Under the pieces are notes generated by a model. That model saw only the letters and a list, made by a program, of their open reading frames with translations. It made no database searches and had not been told where the DNA came from. The position numbers were made by a program, and so were the translations under genes. A stretch of 64,000 bases of DNA from Geosiphon pyriformis uo1. Taxonomy: Eukaryota; Fungi; Glomeromycota. The stretch spans positions 1,253,696 to 1,317,695 of the forward strand of contig JAAOMT010000602.1 in NCBI GenBank assembly GCA_016748015.1. The letters are read 5' to 3'. This document shows, piece after piece, positions 39,995 through 53,411 of this stretch; position 1 is the first letter of the stretch; every line of letters starts with the position of its first letter.

Positions 39995-42894
39995 CAAAAC
40001 TAAATTTCAAAGGTCATAGTGAGTCGCACAAAAAATGACTTTAACTTTACTGATTTCTCAAATCAATCCTTTAAACGCTTCTCAGCGCTGCTGACGAATC
40101 TAAATCTTTATTTTGGGTAAAAAAATTTCTAATAAATCATTCCGACTCCCGAGTACGTCTCTCATCACCTATACAGAATAGACGAGAAAAAACTTTGAGA
40201 TTTCTCACTTTTTAATATTGAGAATATTATTCAAAACAATGGAAGTTTTTGAGCATTTAAGTTGCTCTTCCAGATCTTTCTAAAGTTACGAGAATTTGAA
40301 TTAGAGTCTAGTTTTAAAGATAGATGACTTGCTGTCGATTAAAGAGAAATTTTAAAAAATATAACATCATCAACAATGCTGTCATATTTTTTTCTTGGTT
40401 TTATTTCATATCATGTTTGGGCATCAAATCCTTGTGAAAGTTTGAAATCTAGACTGGAATATTAATGAACTGTCTTTATGTAGATGAACTGCAACTAAAA
40501 GTTTATATATAGACATTTTATATGCATTGCTGTATAGGGTTCGCAGAGGAAGCCTGAAGCTCGTTGAAATATTTCGAAATACAATGATTCCAATCATGAG
40601 CTGATAGACCAACAGAAAAATGAGATCACACAGAAGATAGAATTTTTCATATAAACAAAAAAATAGCTCTTTGGAATAAATAGAAAAAATCAACATAAAT
40701 GTCACCCTCGAGCAATTATTCCTGAATTCATCTACGGAAGTTCCCATAAGTAAATTAATATTCATTTCAGTGGTTTTCCTTACCTTTAGAAAATTACTTT
40801 CGCAGTCTGGGTGAGATTATGGACAAATATTCAAGGCAGAATATTGCATAAAAATATAATAGATTTGTAGAAATTTATCAACGATTTATGAAACACTGTA
40901 CTCAAGTCACCAAAATATCAAAAATTTCGAAAAATGAATTTCAACTCATGTCAGAATAATCATCATATGGGCTAATTAAATTAATCACAGGTAAGTGAAA
41001 TTATTTGGCATTGTTTTTATTTGTAAAGATTCCATGCAAACCAATTCTTGCTTTATTATTATCCTTTTTGCTCAAGAACCTTCAACGAACAAATAATTTG
41101 TCATAGACATTTATTTTTTCAAATTAAAATTTTAAATATATATCTGCTAAAAATAAGTATCTGATTAGGATAAGGCTTATTAAACTGCCGTAGATATCTA
41201 TGAACAATTTTGCAACGTTATGTCGTCTGATTGGGCAATGAAATTAAAGAATAGACGTTTGATTTCTAATAACTTTGGTAAAAGGTATTTTTTGCTCAAA
41301 GCCTTATCATTTGTTAATTAAAACATAATGAACGATGTAATATTTATTTTAATAAATAACAATCTATTCAATTGTCAAAAAAAAATTTGTTGTAATTATT
41401 TGTTTTACTAAAATTTTAAAGTCTGTATTACAGAGAAAGAATTTTTGAGCTCATTTGAAAAGACCTTTCAAGTATCCCTGACAAAGTAGCCGACTTCTTA
41501 AGTTTTATACATAAAATCAGATTTCTTTCCTTCCATGGTCAAATAAAACCAAGTTTTGATATCCTTATATCAAACTAGTGTTTTTATGGCTTTTCATTTA
41601 TCGAGTTGTAATTTTCTAAAGATAGGCAGGATATATAATTAATTTTCTTTCAACAATTGGAATCTCTGCTGACTTAGAAAGCTTTATGCGTCTTGCTTTG
41701 CAGAATTAATTGTTGTAAATGTACGCAGGAGCTTTGCATTAACCACATTGAGAAGGGGATTACAAAATGCCTTTGTTCAATCCTTGCTTACTAGATTTAA
41801 TTTTTACATGAGATAATCACAGTACCCAATCAATTTGGCTTTCTACAAAAGTTATTCTATCTAAATTGTTGACATTTGACAGAAAACAATGAAAAATTAT
41901 AACTTCAATGACACCATTCTATTCCCCATTTTGCAAATTATTAACGCATACTTCTTAAGCTTACCCGGAAGCTCGGATGTTTTTTGGCATCAGGAATGAC
42001 TAAATATCTGTGAACATCATTTCAGAAAACTACTGAAAGTGCTTTTCCACACCTTTTACTACACATTATTTTACCGCAGAGATTTTCAAAATCTGAAGTG
42101 TTATTGATCAAGCTTCTAAAAAAAAGTTTACTAATATACCGGTTGACATATTATAATATTTCGTCCAATATTATGTAATGAAATTTTCTTTTCGAATCAT
42201 TTATCATCAAAGTCTTTTTAATTAAATGCTATAAACAAAAAATGTGGGATATTTTTGAAATGAATAGAAAGGCTAAAAACAAATAGGTCTAATTGTTTTT
42301 TAAAGAATTACTCAACATTTTGAATTTACTATATCAAAGACTCTTGAAAAGGCTACAAGAAGTTAATGAATTTTAATTGATAATAATGGCGTTTTCACAA
42401 ACCTAAGATTGTTTTGGGAAGTGACTATTTACATTGCTGTTTTTCAGAGAGATCTTTTCAGTGAATTAAATCAAACTCACGTCGCAATGTGAATTCGTTA
42501 AAATTTATTGATTGATTTGGAGGAGAAATGGAGACCCAAACAAAAAGATGATTAAACCTTGAATATTTTTAGCATTATTTAATTGATGTTATTTATCATA
42601 TTCAGATATTTTGGAACAAGCTGACATCAGAAGTAAGTCATCCCCAGCCAAAGCAATTTTATATAAACGTATGCAAATAGGCTTAGCTAGTTAAAATTGA
42701 GTTCAAACACCAATAACAATTTTGTATCCTGCTCGAAAAAAGTTTTCAACTTTAAAAAATTATGAACTTTTAAAAATTATTTCAACTCTTGGATCTTGGT
42801 TAATTTTCTCCTTTTTGATTTTTAAAGTCATACTGTGGTATCTTGACCACATCAGCTGAAATATTTTTTTTGAAATTAAAAAATTTCAAGAAAT

Positions 42895-44979
42895 TCAATT
42901 CTTTTCGCTTCCAACAACCACATTGTCAAGTTCCTTTTTCGCTGACCTATGCCGATCACTTTCAAAATCACATTCAAGCAATGGTACATTCTTTGCCTTT
43001 TTCACAAATTTGTATCCCAAAAAAAGGAGTAAAAATATTGGAGGGCAAATGTACGCTACCAAAATCGCTTGGATATTAACGCCATTTTTATCAGTGAAAG
43101 AACTGTATCCTTGGGTGAACATGACCAGAATAATGAGAATGAAGGAAAAGATGGGGCCAAAGGGGTAAAGCATTGCTTTGTATGGTAATTCTGACAATGA
43201 ACGTTTCTTAAAGAAAGTTGATGCAAATTTAGTTTGAAAATTGGAAAAAAGAAAAGCTCAAAGAGGTAGGTAAAATATCTAACCTGTGCCACATAAGCTC
43301 TTCGAAATCTCCAATGGGTAAAGCTTATTCCAGCCCATTGAATAAACCCAGCAACTCCAGTAAGGTTTACTAACCAAAAATAAACCTTTTCTTTTCCAAA
43401 AAGAGAAGTTAAAAATGTCAAGGCACCGATTAAAGAAGTTGCCAATAATGCAGGAATAGGAATTCCATTGCTGTTGATCCGTTTAAAAATTCTTGGAGCT
43501 TGATCTTCTAACGCTAGGTTGTATAAAACTCGTGATGCCGCATATAATCCAGAGTTTCCTGCTGACAAAACTAAAAAACGTTCCCTTATTCTTGAAAACT
43601 TTTAACGACAAGATGAAATATTTAAAAGAGATATCTTGAGGTTGTACTATACCAGTCGTGACAATAATAGCATTCATAAAATGTGAAGCCCCATTAAAAC
43701 CAGTCAATTGAAGAGCCAAGGTGAATGGGCTAACTTTGATATCTTCAGTATCGTTGAGAAGTCGTTTATCATTGTAAGGAATCAAAAGACCAATGACCAA
43801 AATGGCCAAAATATAAAATATGAGTATACGCCAAAATACTTGTTTAATCGCTTTTGGAACATTCTGATAAAAATTGGAGAATTTTTGTTTCAGTAATCGC
43901 GTAAAATTTGAGATCAAATAAAGGAACTAAGGCTTACTTTCTCGGGGTTAGCTGATTCCCCAGCTGCAATCCCAACAAGTTCAGTGCCTTGAAATGAAAA
44001 ACCAGCTACAAGAAAAACCGATAAAGTCCCTTGAAATCCATTGTGAAATGGGTCCAAATTGAAATTCTTTGCACCAATATATTCTCTGGGTTTTCCAATA
44101 GCTCCGAAATCAAGCAATAATCCAACAAAAATAAATAATATAACCGTTAAAACCTAAGGAAAAAGTTAGATTTAGACTCCAACATTAGCCTTGAAATTAA
44201 ATCCATGCGGGCAATCCAAATGAGTCGGAATTCTTTATGACCTCAGCTTTTTACCTTACTCATTGCAAACCAGTATTCTGCCTCACCATAGCCTTTTACA
44301 GAAAAAAGATTAAATGAGACCATAATCAAAAGAAATACCATACTCCATATCCACGAAGGAACCTTGGGAAGCCAAAAATCCATTACAATGCCAGCGGCTG
44401 AAATCTCAGTTGCAACAGTTATAGAACATGAATACTATAGATAAAATTTAGGGATATCCTATTTTAGCTGAACGTAGTCAATTTTTCATTATTAATGCTT
44501 TGAAATGAAACCGTTCAACTTGCCCAATAATTGTAACCGAGAGCAAACCCTAAAGCCGGATTCACAAATCTTTTGGCATAAGTGTTGAAAGAACCGGAAA
44601 TTGGTAGGAAGGTAGCCATTTCACCAAGCGAAGACATAACAAAATATACCATTATGCCAATAACTCCATAAGCTAAAAGGGTTCCACCCGGACCTCCTTG
44701 TGCAACTGATGCGCCTGACCCCAAGAATAATCCCGTACCTGCAAAAATTGGATTTGAATATAACAGCTCTTACCCAAATATTCTTATAGCTCAAGAAGTT
44801 TTGATCCGAACATTGTATCAACAATTACCAATCGTCCCACCAATCGAAATCATAGTCAAGTGTCTCGCACTTAATCGCCGTTTAAGTTCATTTTTTTCTT
44901 TCTTCTCTTCAGCATTGTTATTATTAATCCCGTTAGCGATTTCTTGATGCACCATATCTAACGAATTTTTCGTGGTCAT
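42895..44979 (-). CDS. APC-superfamily amino-acid permease (YAT/LysP-like), multi-exon
   Basis: Motifs 'LKRRLSARHLTMISIGGTIGTGLFLGSG', 'SLGEMATFLPISGSF', 'GFSFQGTELVGIAAGESANPEK', 'AIKQVFWRILIFY', 'SAGNSGLYAASRVLY' and 'HWRFRRAYVAQ'. Confidence 0.93.
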
Positions 44980-46529
44980 TATAAAATGATTTTTTTAATC
45001 GAAAAGAATTAGTGAAAAACTTATGTCCGTCTTCTTTGGATTTTATTTTTATACATGTATAAATTTGGGTTTCTGGAAAAATCATGTATTTGGACAAATT
45101 TGTTGATGTATTATTTAATATTCACAAATCAAATCCTCCGAATGGCCGAGTGCCATCAATTGATCAGTTGATCTAATGCTTTAATTAGTAACTCCATTTT
45201 TCAAGGATCAAAAGAGAGTTAAAATTGCAAGAACAAACGGAATGAAAAATCCATCTTAGATTAAAGAACCCTTATTTGTGAATAAAATCAAAGATCTCTG
45301 TATATGTTGTGCCCCAAATCAAAATTGGGTAAAAGTTAGAATTAATGACTAACATTTTGATTTAGGGGGCACGAGATGCTGCATATCCCAATTGTCAATC
45401 GGGGTAATTCAAAGGTACAACATTTAAACAAATTTGGTAAATCAATTTTTCAATGATTGGTTTTGTATCTAGCAACAAACATATGTCACCGTATCAAAAA
45501 GGAAACTAAATGTTTAAATAACAAAATAGAAATTAAAGAAAAAAATTCCAGATGAGTACCATCATTATAGATTCCAATATTTGGTGGGAAGATTCACTTT
45601 CCAGATCCATTTTAACAAAATATATTACCTTTTATTTTATCCAATTAGAGGATTTAAGCGGGCAAATCAAAAGAGTTTCAGATTACAAATTTTTTTATGA
45701 GTACTCCGTTTAGTCTTTTTAGGCCAAACTGGTGTTTTGGGAGATTAGTAGGATATTCCACATGTGAAACAAAATATGACCATTTTATTATAACAGAGAA
45801 CAAATTGTTGGCACCTCTTCCATATTTTAGACATCTTTTGCATCTCAGAGTAGTAGGCATTACGCTTTCCAAGTTAAATTTATTATTTTTTGAATAAAAA
45901 AAGGTATTAATTTTCAAAAAAGAAATTCACAATCCTTAAAATAATTTTCAAAATGCAAAATAACTTACGGACACAGGGGGAGATACAAAATATAAGGATA
46001 TATGTTTTATTAAAGATTTTCAAGGCGAAAATCGATCATATACTGGACAAAATAAGATTTAAAAGTTTCAATTTAATTTGTAAAAAGAATTAAAAAATAA
46101 AAAGCAAATTGAGAAAAATTTTGTAAACTTTTTTTAATCATTTAAATAAGAAAGGAAATTTTTCATGTGTTCCTTTTTCTCTTTCATTTTTTTCGCTATA
46201 TATGATTATTTAAAGTTAAAGTTAACGACTTTGTCTTTATTAAAAATTTAAACTAATTTGTTTAAAAAAGTCTTTTTTTATTCTTTTATTTTTTTAGTTA
46301 AATGAATGCTATTATTATAAACTTTATAGCTTGGAAACATAAAAAAATTTTCTTTTATGAACTTTTAATAAAATTTAAAAAAATAATTAACGGCTAATTT
46401 TTTTTTAATTGCAAAAGTTTTTTCATGGTTAAAAATATTAAGCTAAAGTAAGAGTATATTTATTCAAATGTAAACATTAAGTAATATATTTTTTTTATTT
46501 TAAATTATACAAAAACGTTAAAGTTCGTA

Positions 46530-47690
46530 GTCTTTTTTATAAAGATGTTTATAAATATTGAAAAAAACATTTATTGTAAATGACTCAAAAGAAAAAATAT
46601 ATTTATGTAAAATTGTTAATGTATTAATTTAAATTCATTATTCAAATGTGTTATTAAGAAAAAACTCTTTTTCTTTCCTAATTTTATAGCCACAACCAGA
46701 GCAAAGAATAAGAAAAAGCAATCACCACTTTCTCTACAATAATTATTAAAGCAACAACCCAACAAGTCCTCTTAATTGTAGAGACAGTTAGATAAAGCAT
46801 TATGAAAATGCTTTTCTTATTTATTATAAATACAAAACAATCTTTAGTTGTTTCTTTTCTTTTTTAGCTCAAAGTAGTTTTCTAGCCAAAATTTTTGCAA
46901 AATAATTCATAATGTTGTTATTACCACTATAAAAAGCTTCAAAATTTTTAACAATAAATCAGTAATTGAGCTACTGTTTTTTTGACCACATTTATTATTA
47001 CTTTGCCAATAACTACAAAGACCAATCAGCTATTACTACTATTTAATATTATAATTATTGATTCCTTTGAAATTCTAAAGAAAAGTTTTTCTTTTGGTGT
47101 TTCTTAAAGCACCAGTTTTTTGTTTTCTAAAACTTTGAGTTTTTTATTCAGTTGAATGTTTTACTAGCTGCATAATTATAATAATACATTTCTTAATCTA
47201 GACAACAGCATCTATTAAAACAAGATTAACAATTATGTTACAAGTGTGTAAAACATTATGAAAATTTTTGGATTGTTTTAAAATATTCTAAATGTTTTAT
47301 AAATAATTAATAAAAGATCAGAAATATAAGAATATGAAAAAAAGCTAAATCTGTTTCCAATTTTTTAAGTGGAGCAGTACCAGTTACAAAACAAATTTCA
47401 AATAGTATTACTTATTAATCTTTTAGCTTTATCTGGTTTCAGTCTTGTTAGCCTAGTTTTACCACAACAAATTAATTGTATTGCCAAATTTAAAAAGCTG
47501 TATAAATAATAAATAGTTTAATATTCAGTTAAATCTTGATTAAATTTATTCCAAGGAATAAATAAAAAGTGTTTAATTTAACATAGTAACAAATTATTTC
47601 ATATTTAAATTCCAATTAAAAAACTGTAATGATTTTTCAAAAAACTTAAATTAATTTGTGCAACAAAAATTTTAGCATATGAAATAATTT
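46530..47690. mobile_element. Probable decayed TE remnant (no CpG)
   Basis: No CG dinucleotide seen over ~1.15 kb despite many GC dinucleotides, and no ORF. Confidence 0.35.
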
Positions 47691-50383
47691 TTTATCGAAA
47701 ATTTCAGATTTTATTTTCTGAGTAATAAGATCACAAAATAGGTTATCTAAGCTAAACCCGGGATTTTCTTGTATATTAAATAAAAAGTAAATATTCAAAA
47801 AAAACCTTAGCTAAGCAAAATAAGAAAAAAGATTCTTACAAAGATTTTTTCAAATAATACGAATATTTTTTTTTTTGGATTGAAACCATATTTCTTCTTT
47901 TTTCGAAGACTTTTATTGGTTCCCATAATAAATTAACATATTTTAATATGTATGAGCATTATTTATTGTGACCTATCAAATTCAGGATAATATTGAAAAA
48001 CATATGAAAATCTTTTTAAAAAAAGAGTACACCATCAAATATCATCTCCTGTGATTAAATAATATAGTCTAAAATTTGATAATCATGCTGACTAATACTG
48101 TGTTGTCACAATTGTACCTAAGAACACGCTATACTACTAGCTGTTAAAGCGTTGTACTAATTTATTTAATATTTGAAGAATTTAGTTTCTCAAGAAAGTT
48201 CTTTGGACATGGTACTTTCTCCTTTTCTCATGAACCGCGTTTGATAATCATTTAGTTGAGTCAAATTCAGACGCTTGAATACCTGCTTTTCCAGTAAAAC
48301 CGATTAATAGCTTCTCACAGAATAGGAAAAAGAAGTCGAAGCACCAATCTTTTTCTTTATTTGGTATTAATATTTCCCAATATTTATAAGAGATAAAAGA
48401 TTTCCATAAAACCGTTTTTATGTAATCTAACTTAATAGATAGAACTAAATTAGTATTCTATCAGGCTCTTACCAATTTTATATTCTTTATATTGAGAAAT
48501 ATTCCAAAAAGACAATTTCTTAAAATATTTATTATACCGATATACACTTTGGGTCACATTTAAATAAGGACGAAGGTTCATTTTTCATGTAAAACTTTTT
48601 AATTAATATAAAGTAATAAAGAAAGATACGGAAAGATACGGAAAAAAAAATTGCATTTCAATTTCTATTTCCAAGAAATTTTGAAAACTCTAAAGTTTAA
48701 ATATTAGCGCTAATTAAATGGAATGTGCATTAAATTCAGTATGAATAAAGAAATTACACCACCAAATTTCAAAAGAATGTGATTCATTTACTTTTTAAAG
48801 CTACTCTAAATTTATAATAATAATATCCACTGCAAGTAATTGTTGAACCAAATTTCTTGTATTCAAATAATGTAAGTTATGATCAGTGTGCCCGTATCTA
48901 TTTTAGTGCCTGGGGTACTTAAGTATGGGAATTGATATTGTTAAGGTTAAATGCAGATAAGTCTATGCATTGTACTTTGATCAAATATGCGCAACAAAAT
49001 TCGTGCTATTTTTATAGTATACAGCATAAATTAAAATTATTAAATGACACTATTGAAATAAATTCAATTTTCAATCCAAAAATCAATAGAGGATATAAAT
49101 CATAGAGAGTTGATTAGTCAGTAATTTACTGTATATTGTAAAAGAATTTCAATATAATTTAACATATTAGAAATAAATTTATAAAAGCTTTATACAAAGC
49201 ATGAAAATAAAAAATGATTATGATGTTTGTTATTCAGATTTATAATTTAAATAAAATGCATAAATTAAAATAAAAGTATTTTAAATAATTTTAATTAAAA
49301 CCAATTCTTGAAAAATGCAAAAAATGTGAGAACCCTTTACCAAAAATGACATTGACATTTTTCTAAAAACATTTCTTGAGGTTTAAATTGTTGAGGAGGC
49401 AAAGAATTTTCATTTTATATGTTTCTTGAAAACAAGACATCAATATTCTGTTTGGTCTTTTATTTTCAACTTAACCACCCTTTAAACTTTAACTTTTTTC
49501 TTTCCTATTTGAATTAATATATGAAATTTATAATATCAATTGATTATTGTCAAGAAATTACAAATTTTTTTTGGAGAAAAATTTTAAATAAAACTTTCAC
49601 ATATTACCCCGCTAAATTGAAAAAAAAGGATTTAAAACACCATGTGGGAATCTTCTCTTATATGCCTAGCTCTTTGAAATTCATTTACAATTTTAGATAT
49701 CATTTCATTAGAACATTATGTAATCGAATTTAATTAATAATTAAACAGGAGGTACCGTAATTCGCAGAATGAACCCACCCGCAGTAAAATGAGCGTGCGT
49801 GCAGCAATTTTTTATGTTAAACAAATCTAAATTGGTGATACAGACACGGGCGAATTAAAGTTTCAACATTAACCAAAATATAGTAGATTTTTTTAAGTTT
49901 GCAACATCTTGTGTTACCCTTTTACAAATTTATATTTATAAACTATTGAGGATAACTCTATGGCTAACACCATTTTTAAACTTCATCTTCTTGTTTTAAA
50001 CAGACGGAATTGATAAATAGGGAATAAAATATTTATTTATTTGTTTGAAAATTTCACGGCACCTACTATATCCATCCTTGTATCGTCAATCGATTTATAT
50101 TGTGTGAAACTTTGTTATTTCCATTTTTACAAGTAAAATTTGATGAATTGAGTTTATGAAAGCTAAAAAGATTTTCTTCAGAAAAAAGAATAAAAGTCGA
50201 AAATTTTTACGCATCCGAACATGAGATCTTTTTCATTCTGACTTTCAATATAGGAAAAAAAAATTGATTTGATCGATTCAAATCACTTTTCCTTTAGGAA
50301 GATTTTGTTCTGAAGCAATTTTTTGAAAATTTAATTATCTCGCTTTTATAAAAGCCACCAAAATTGTAATATTATCCCAAAGT

Positions 50384-51764
50384 ATGAATAGCATAAATTA
50401 TCTAAAAAATTCAAAGTCAAATTCAAAAGAATCTTCCCATTCAAATATTGGCTCTTCATATTTAGACCCAATAGAAATAGCTAGAAAAGAAAACATACTT
50501 GATACTTTTGTTTTTGTAAATGGAAGACGCTATGTTGCGGATGATTCAGTAAACACATATCACCCAAATGATGAGACGGAAATGAAGCGTGCTTGTGATC
50601 AGTTTTACTTATATAATCACATTTGGGGTGGATCTTTTAATGCACCAGTTAGAGAAGCCTTAATGTTGGGTAGGGCACGAGTGCTTGATGTTGGGTAGGT
50701 TTTAAAGTAACCAAGGTTCTATTTAAAATATATTAATATGGCTATTAATGTTTATTTGTCATTATTAATTTGATTCAGATGTGGTTCAGGCATATGGATA
50801 ATGGTATGTATCATCATCATCTAAAAGTTATAACAAAAAATGGTTTTATAATGAATGCAGTCGAGTGATAAATGTGTTTATGTATAATTTTATTATAGGA
50901 TCAAGCAATAGAAGCTCCAATCTCATCATTCATTGGTGTAGATTGTGCCCCCGTATTTCCAGAAGAAAAAACACGTCCAAAGAACATAGGTTTTATTCAA
51001 TATAACTTAATAGAAGGAATCCCATTTCCAGATTCTGTCTTTGATTATGTTCACCAACGATTATTGCTTTGTGAAATTAACGAGAAAAAATGGACTGATA
51101 ACGTGCTTAAAGAAATGGTTCGAGTTACAAAACCTGGTGGTTGGATTGAAATTGAGGAAAGAGCTTTTCCGATCCAGAATATTGGACCCATTGGTAAAGA
51201 GATAAATTATATTGGTAAGTATAATAAAATATTCATTCATTTATAAAATTTGTCGCTGGTTATCAGATTTTTCTTTTGATTCATATATAAGACATAAAAG
51301 ATTTCAATTTGCCTTTGAATTTTTTACAGTTGAAAAATTTTGCAAAGATCGTGGAATAAATGAGCAACTTAGATTCTCAATACCGAAATTGTTTGAAGAG
51401 GTCGGTCTGACTAAAGTACAATTGGAGGACAAAATTATGCTGATAGGGAGCTGGGGTGGGAGAATCGGTTCATTGGTAATTTTTTTATTTATATATATAA
51501 ACAGTATAATTGCGTTGAACCTCCAAAGTCTGTTGAATTTCGACCTAATATATAATTTCATCTGATGAATCAAATCAGTTATTAGAAGACCTTCTAAAGC
51601 ATATTGATGCAGTCAAATGTGCAATTCCTGGAATGACGCAAATGAGTGAAGACCAATTAAAAGAATTTTCTAACGAATCGAACGAATATAGTGTACATTT
51701 CATAGTATATCGTGCTTGGGCTCAAAAACCAGACGATAATAATGAAAACATTCTGGAATCTTGA
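50384..51764 (+). CDS. Class I SAM-dependent methyltransferase (fungal LaeA-like/Methyltransf_23-25 type), 5 exons
   Basis: Motifs 'NGRRY...YHPNDETE', motif I VLDVG/CGSGIW split by a 25-nt micro-exon (50779-50803), 'GIPFPDSVFDYVHQR', 'EMVRVTKPGGWIEIEE' and C-terminal 'RAWAQKP'. Confidence 0.9.
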
Positions 51765-53411
51765 ATAAAAAATTTAGTTGTTGATAAGTTTCTAATTTTT
51801 TTTAATTATAATTCCATTTGTTTAAAAATTTGAAATTCATGAATTTTCATAATAAATTAAGATATTTTAATTTTCTTTTGTTAGATATTTTAATACCAGT
51901 GTGTTGTATTCTCATTGCCACTCTGAAAATTATTATTGCAGCAAAGAGTTGCTATAAATAACTATCAAAATTCTTTGTTAATTTAACTTTTGACATTTTC
52001 TTCAATATTCCTAATTTTTGTTACATTGCAAATAATTCTTTTGAAATGAATCAATTACTTTTTGAGTTAACTTTTTTCTCACTAACTTTATAACATTCAT
52101 ATAACTATCATTACTTTCAGCTTTACACTTGCCCAAATTAAGAATAACATTCTAAATAACTGAAATATGAAAAATCAAAAAAATATGCAAACAAATACTT
52201 TTTAGCTTAATTTAAAACTCAATAGTTTTTTATAAGAAATAAGCTAAACGGAAAAACTAAATAATGCAGGTTCATTAATAACAGAAAAAAAAAGGAATTC
52301 TTTTGTGCACAAAATTTAATCCCGAAATAAAATTTTTATTTTTAGATTACTAAAAAGTAGAAAAAGTTATCTGAAAACAATTGTCTTTAGAGGGAACACA
52401 AAAGATTGAGAAAGTAAATATTTTGATTAATTTAAATTTGAATTATTAGTTTTAATTAAAGAAACAATATATTTTTTTGAAATCTTCTTTGTAAATTAAA
52501 TAATTGATACAACTCTATTATTCATACAAATTCAGTTAAAATCCAATATTTCATTCAAAAGCTTAATAAATTTTTAGATAAATAATATAAAATTATTTTA
52601 TTTTCGCTTTGTCAATATTTTATCCTTTTTAAAAAATTTAATATTGAATATCAAAGTTTTTAAAAAAATTTTCTTTCTATTTAGTTATAACCATTTTATA
52701 TATTGCTTACCATTTATCCACTCTTTATATAAAATCAAATTATACTAAATATTTAGGCAAAATATTCATTAAAATAAAATTTTCATTATTTTTATTCATT
52801 AATTTCATCCAATTTATATCTGACTTTAAAAAAGCATATAAATATGAAAAAAAATGAAATCTAATAGTGAAGATGTGTAAAAAACAATTTCAAAGAAAAC
52901 TGATCAAAAAATAGCAAAAGAGACTTTAACAATCAAGTAAACCAACAGAAAAATTTATTTGATAGTATTGGTTTTTGTTATTATGTTAATATTTATATAC
53001 TTTTTTGAATAAATAAGTTGAAAAATTAAGCCAAATATGAGATTAAAAATTAAATCAATTACTAAATAATCAATGTAACACGTTTTTAAACATCTATTTA
53101 ATATACAATATATTGCGAAAATTTCAGATTGACTATTTTTTAGTTTTATACAATAAAAGCATCGCACTAAAAATTTTGAACTTTTTTCTTATATTTTAAC
53201 TTTAAAAATAAAACCAATTACAAATATTTATATGTAATTTTGTCATAAAAATTTTAAAAAAATTCTTTTAATATCAACATTATTTTTGAATTATAATTTT
53301 TTTTTTAAAATATGGTTTTTTACATAAGTTTTTGTTTAAAAGTTATAAAGGACAATTACAAGACTAAGAAACAAATAATAAATTTAATTCAAGAATTGAC
53401 AAATACTTGCG

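Noticed and set aside
40424-40765. 113-aa minus-strand ORF with a nearby GTAAGG donor
   Set aside because: No motif and no consistent exon chain.
42895-44979. Horizontal transfer of a bacterial LysP-like permease
   Set aside because: The gene has multiple introns and the motifs are shared with ordinary fungal YAT permeases; a phylogeny would be needed.
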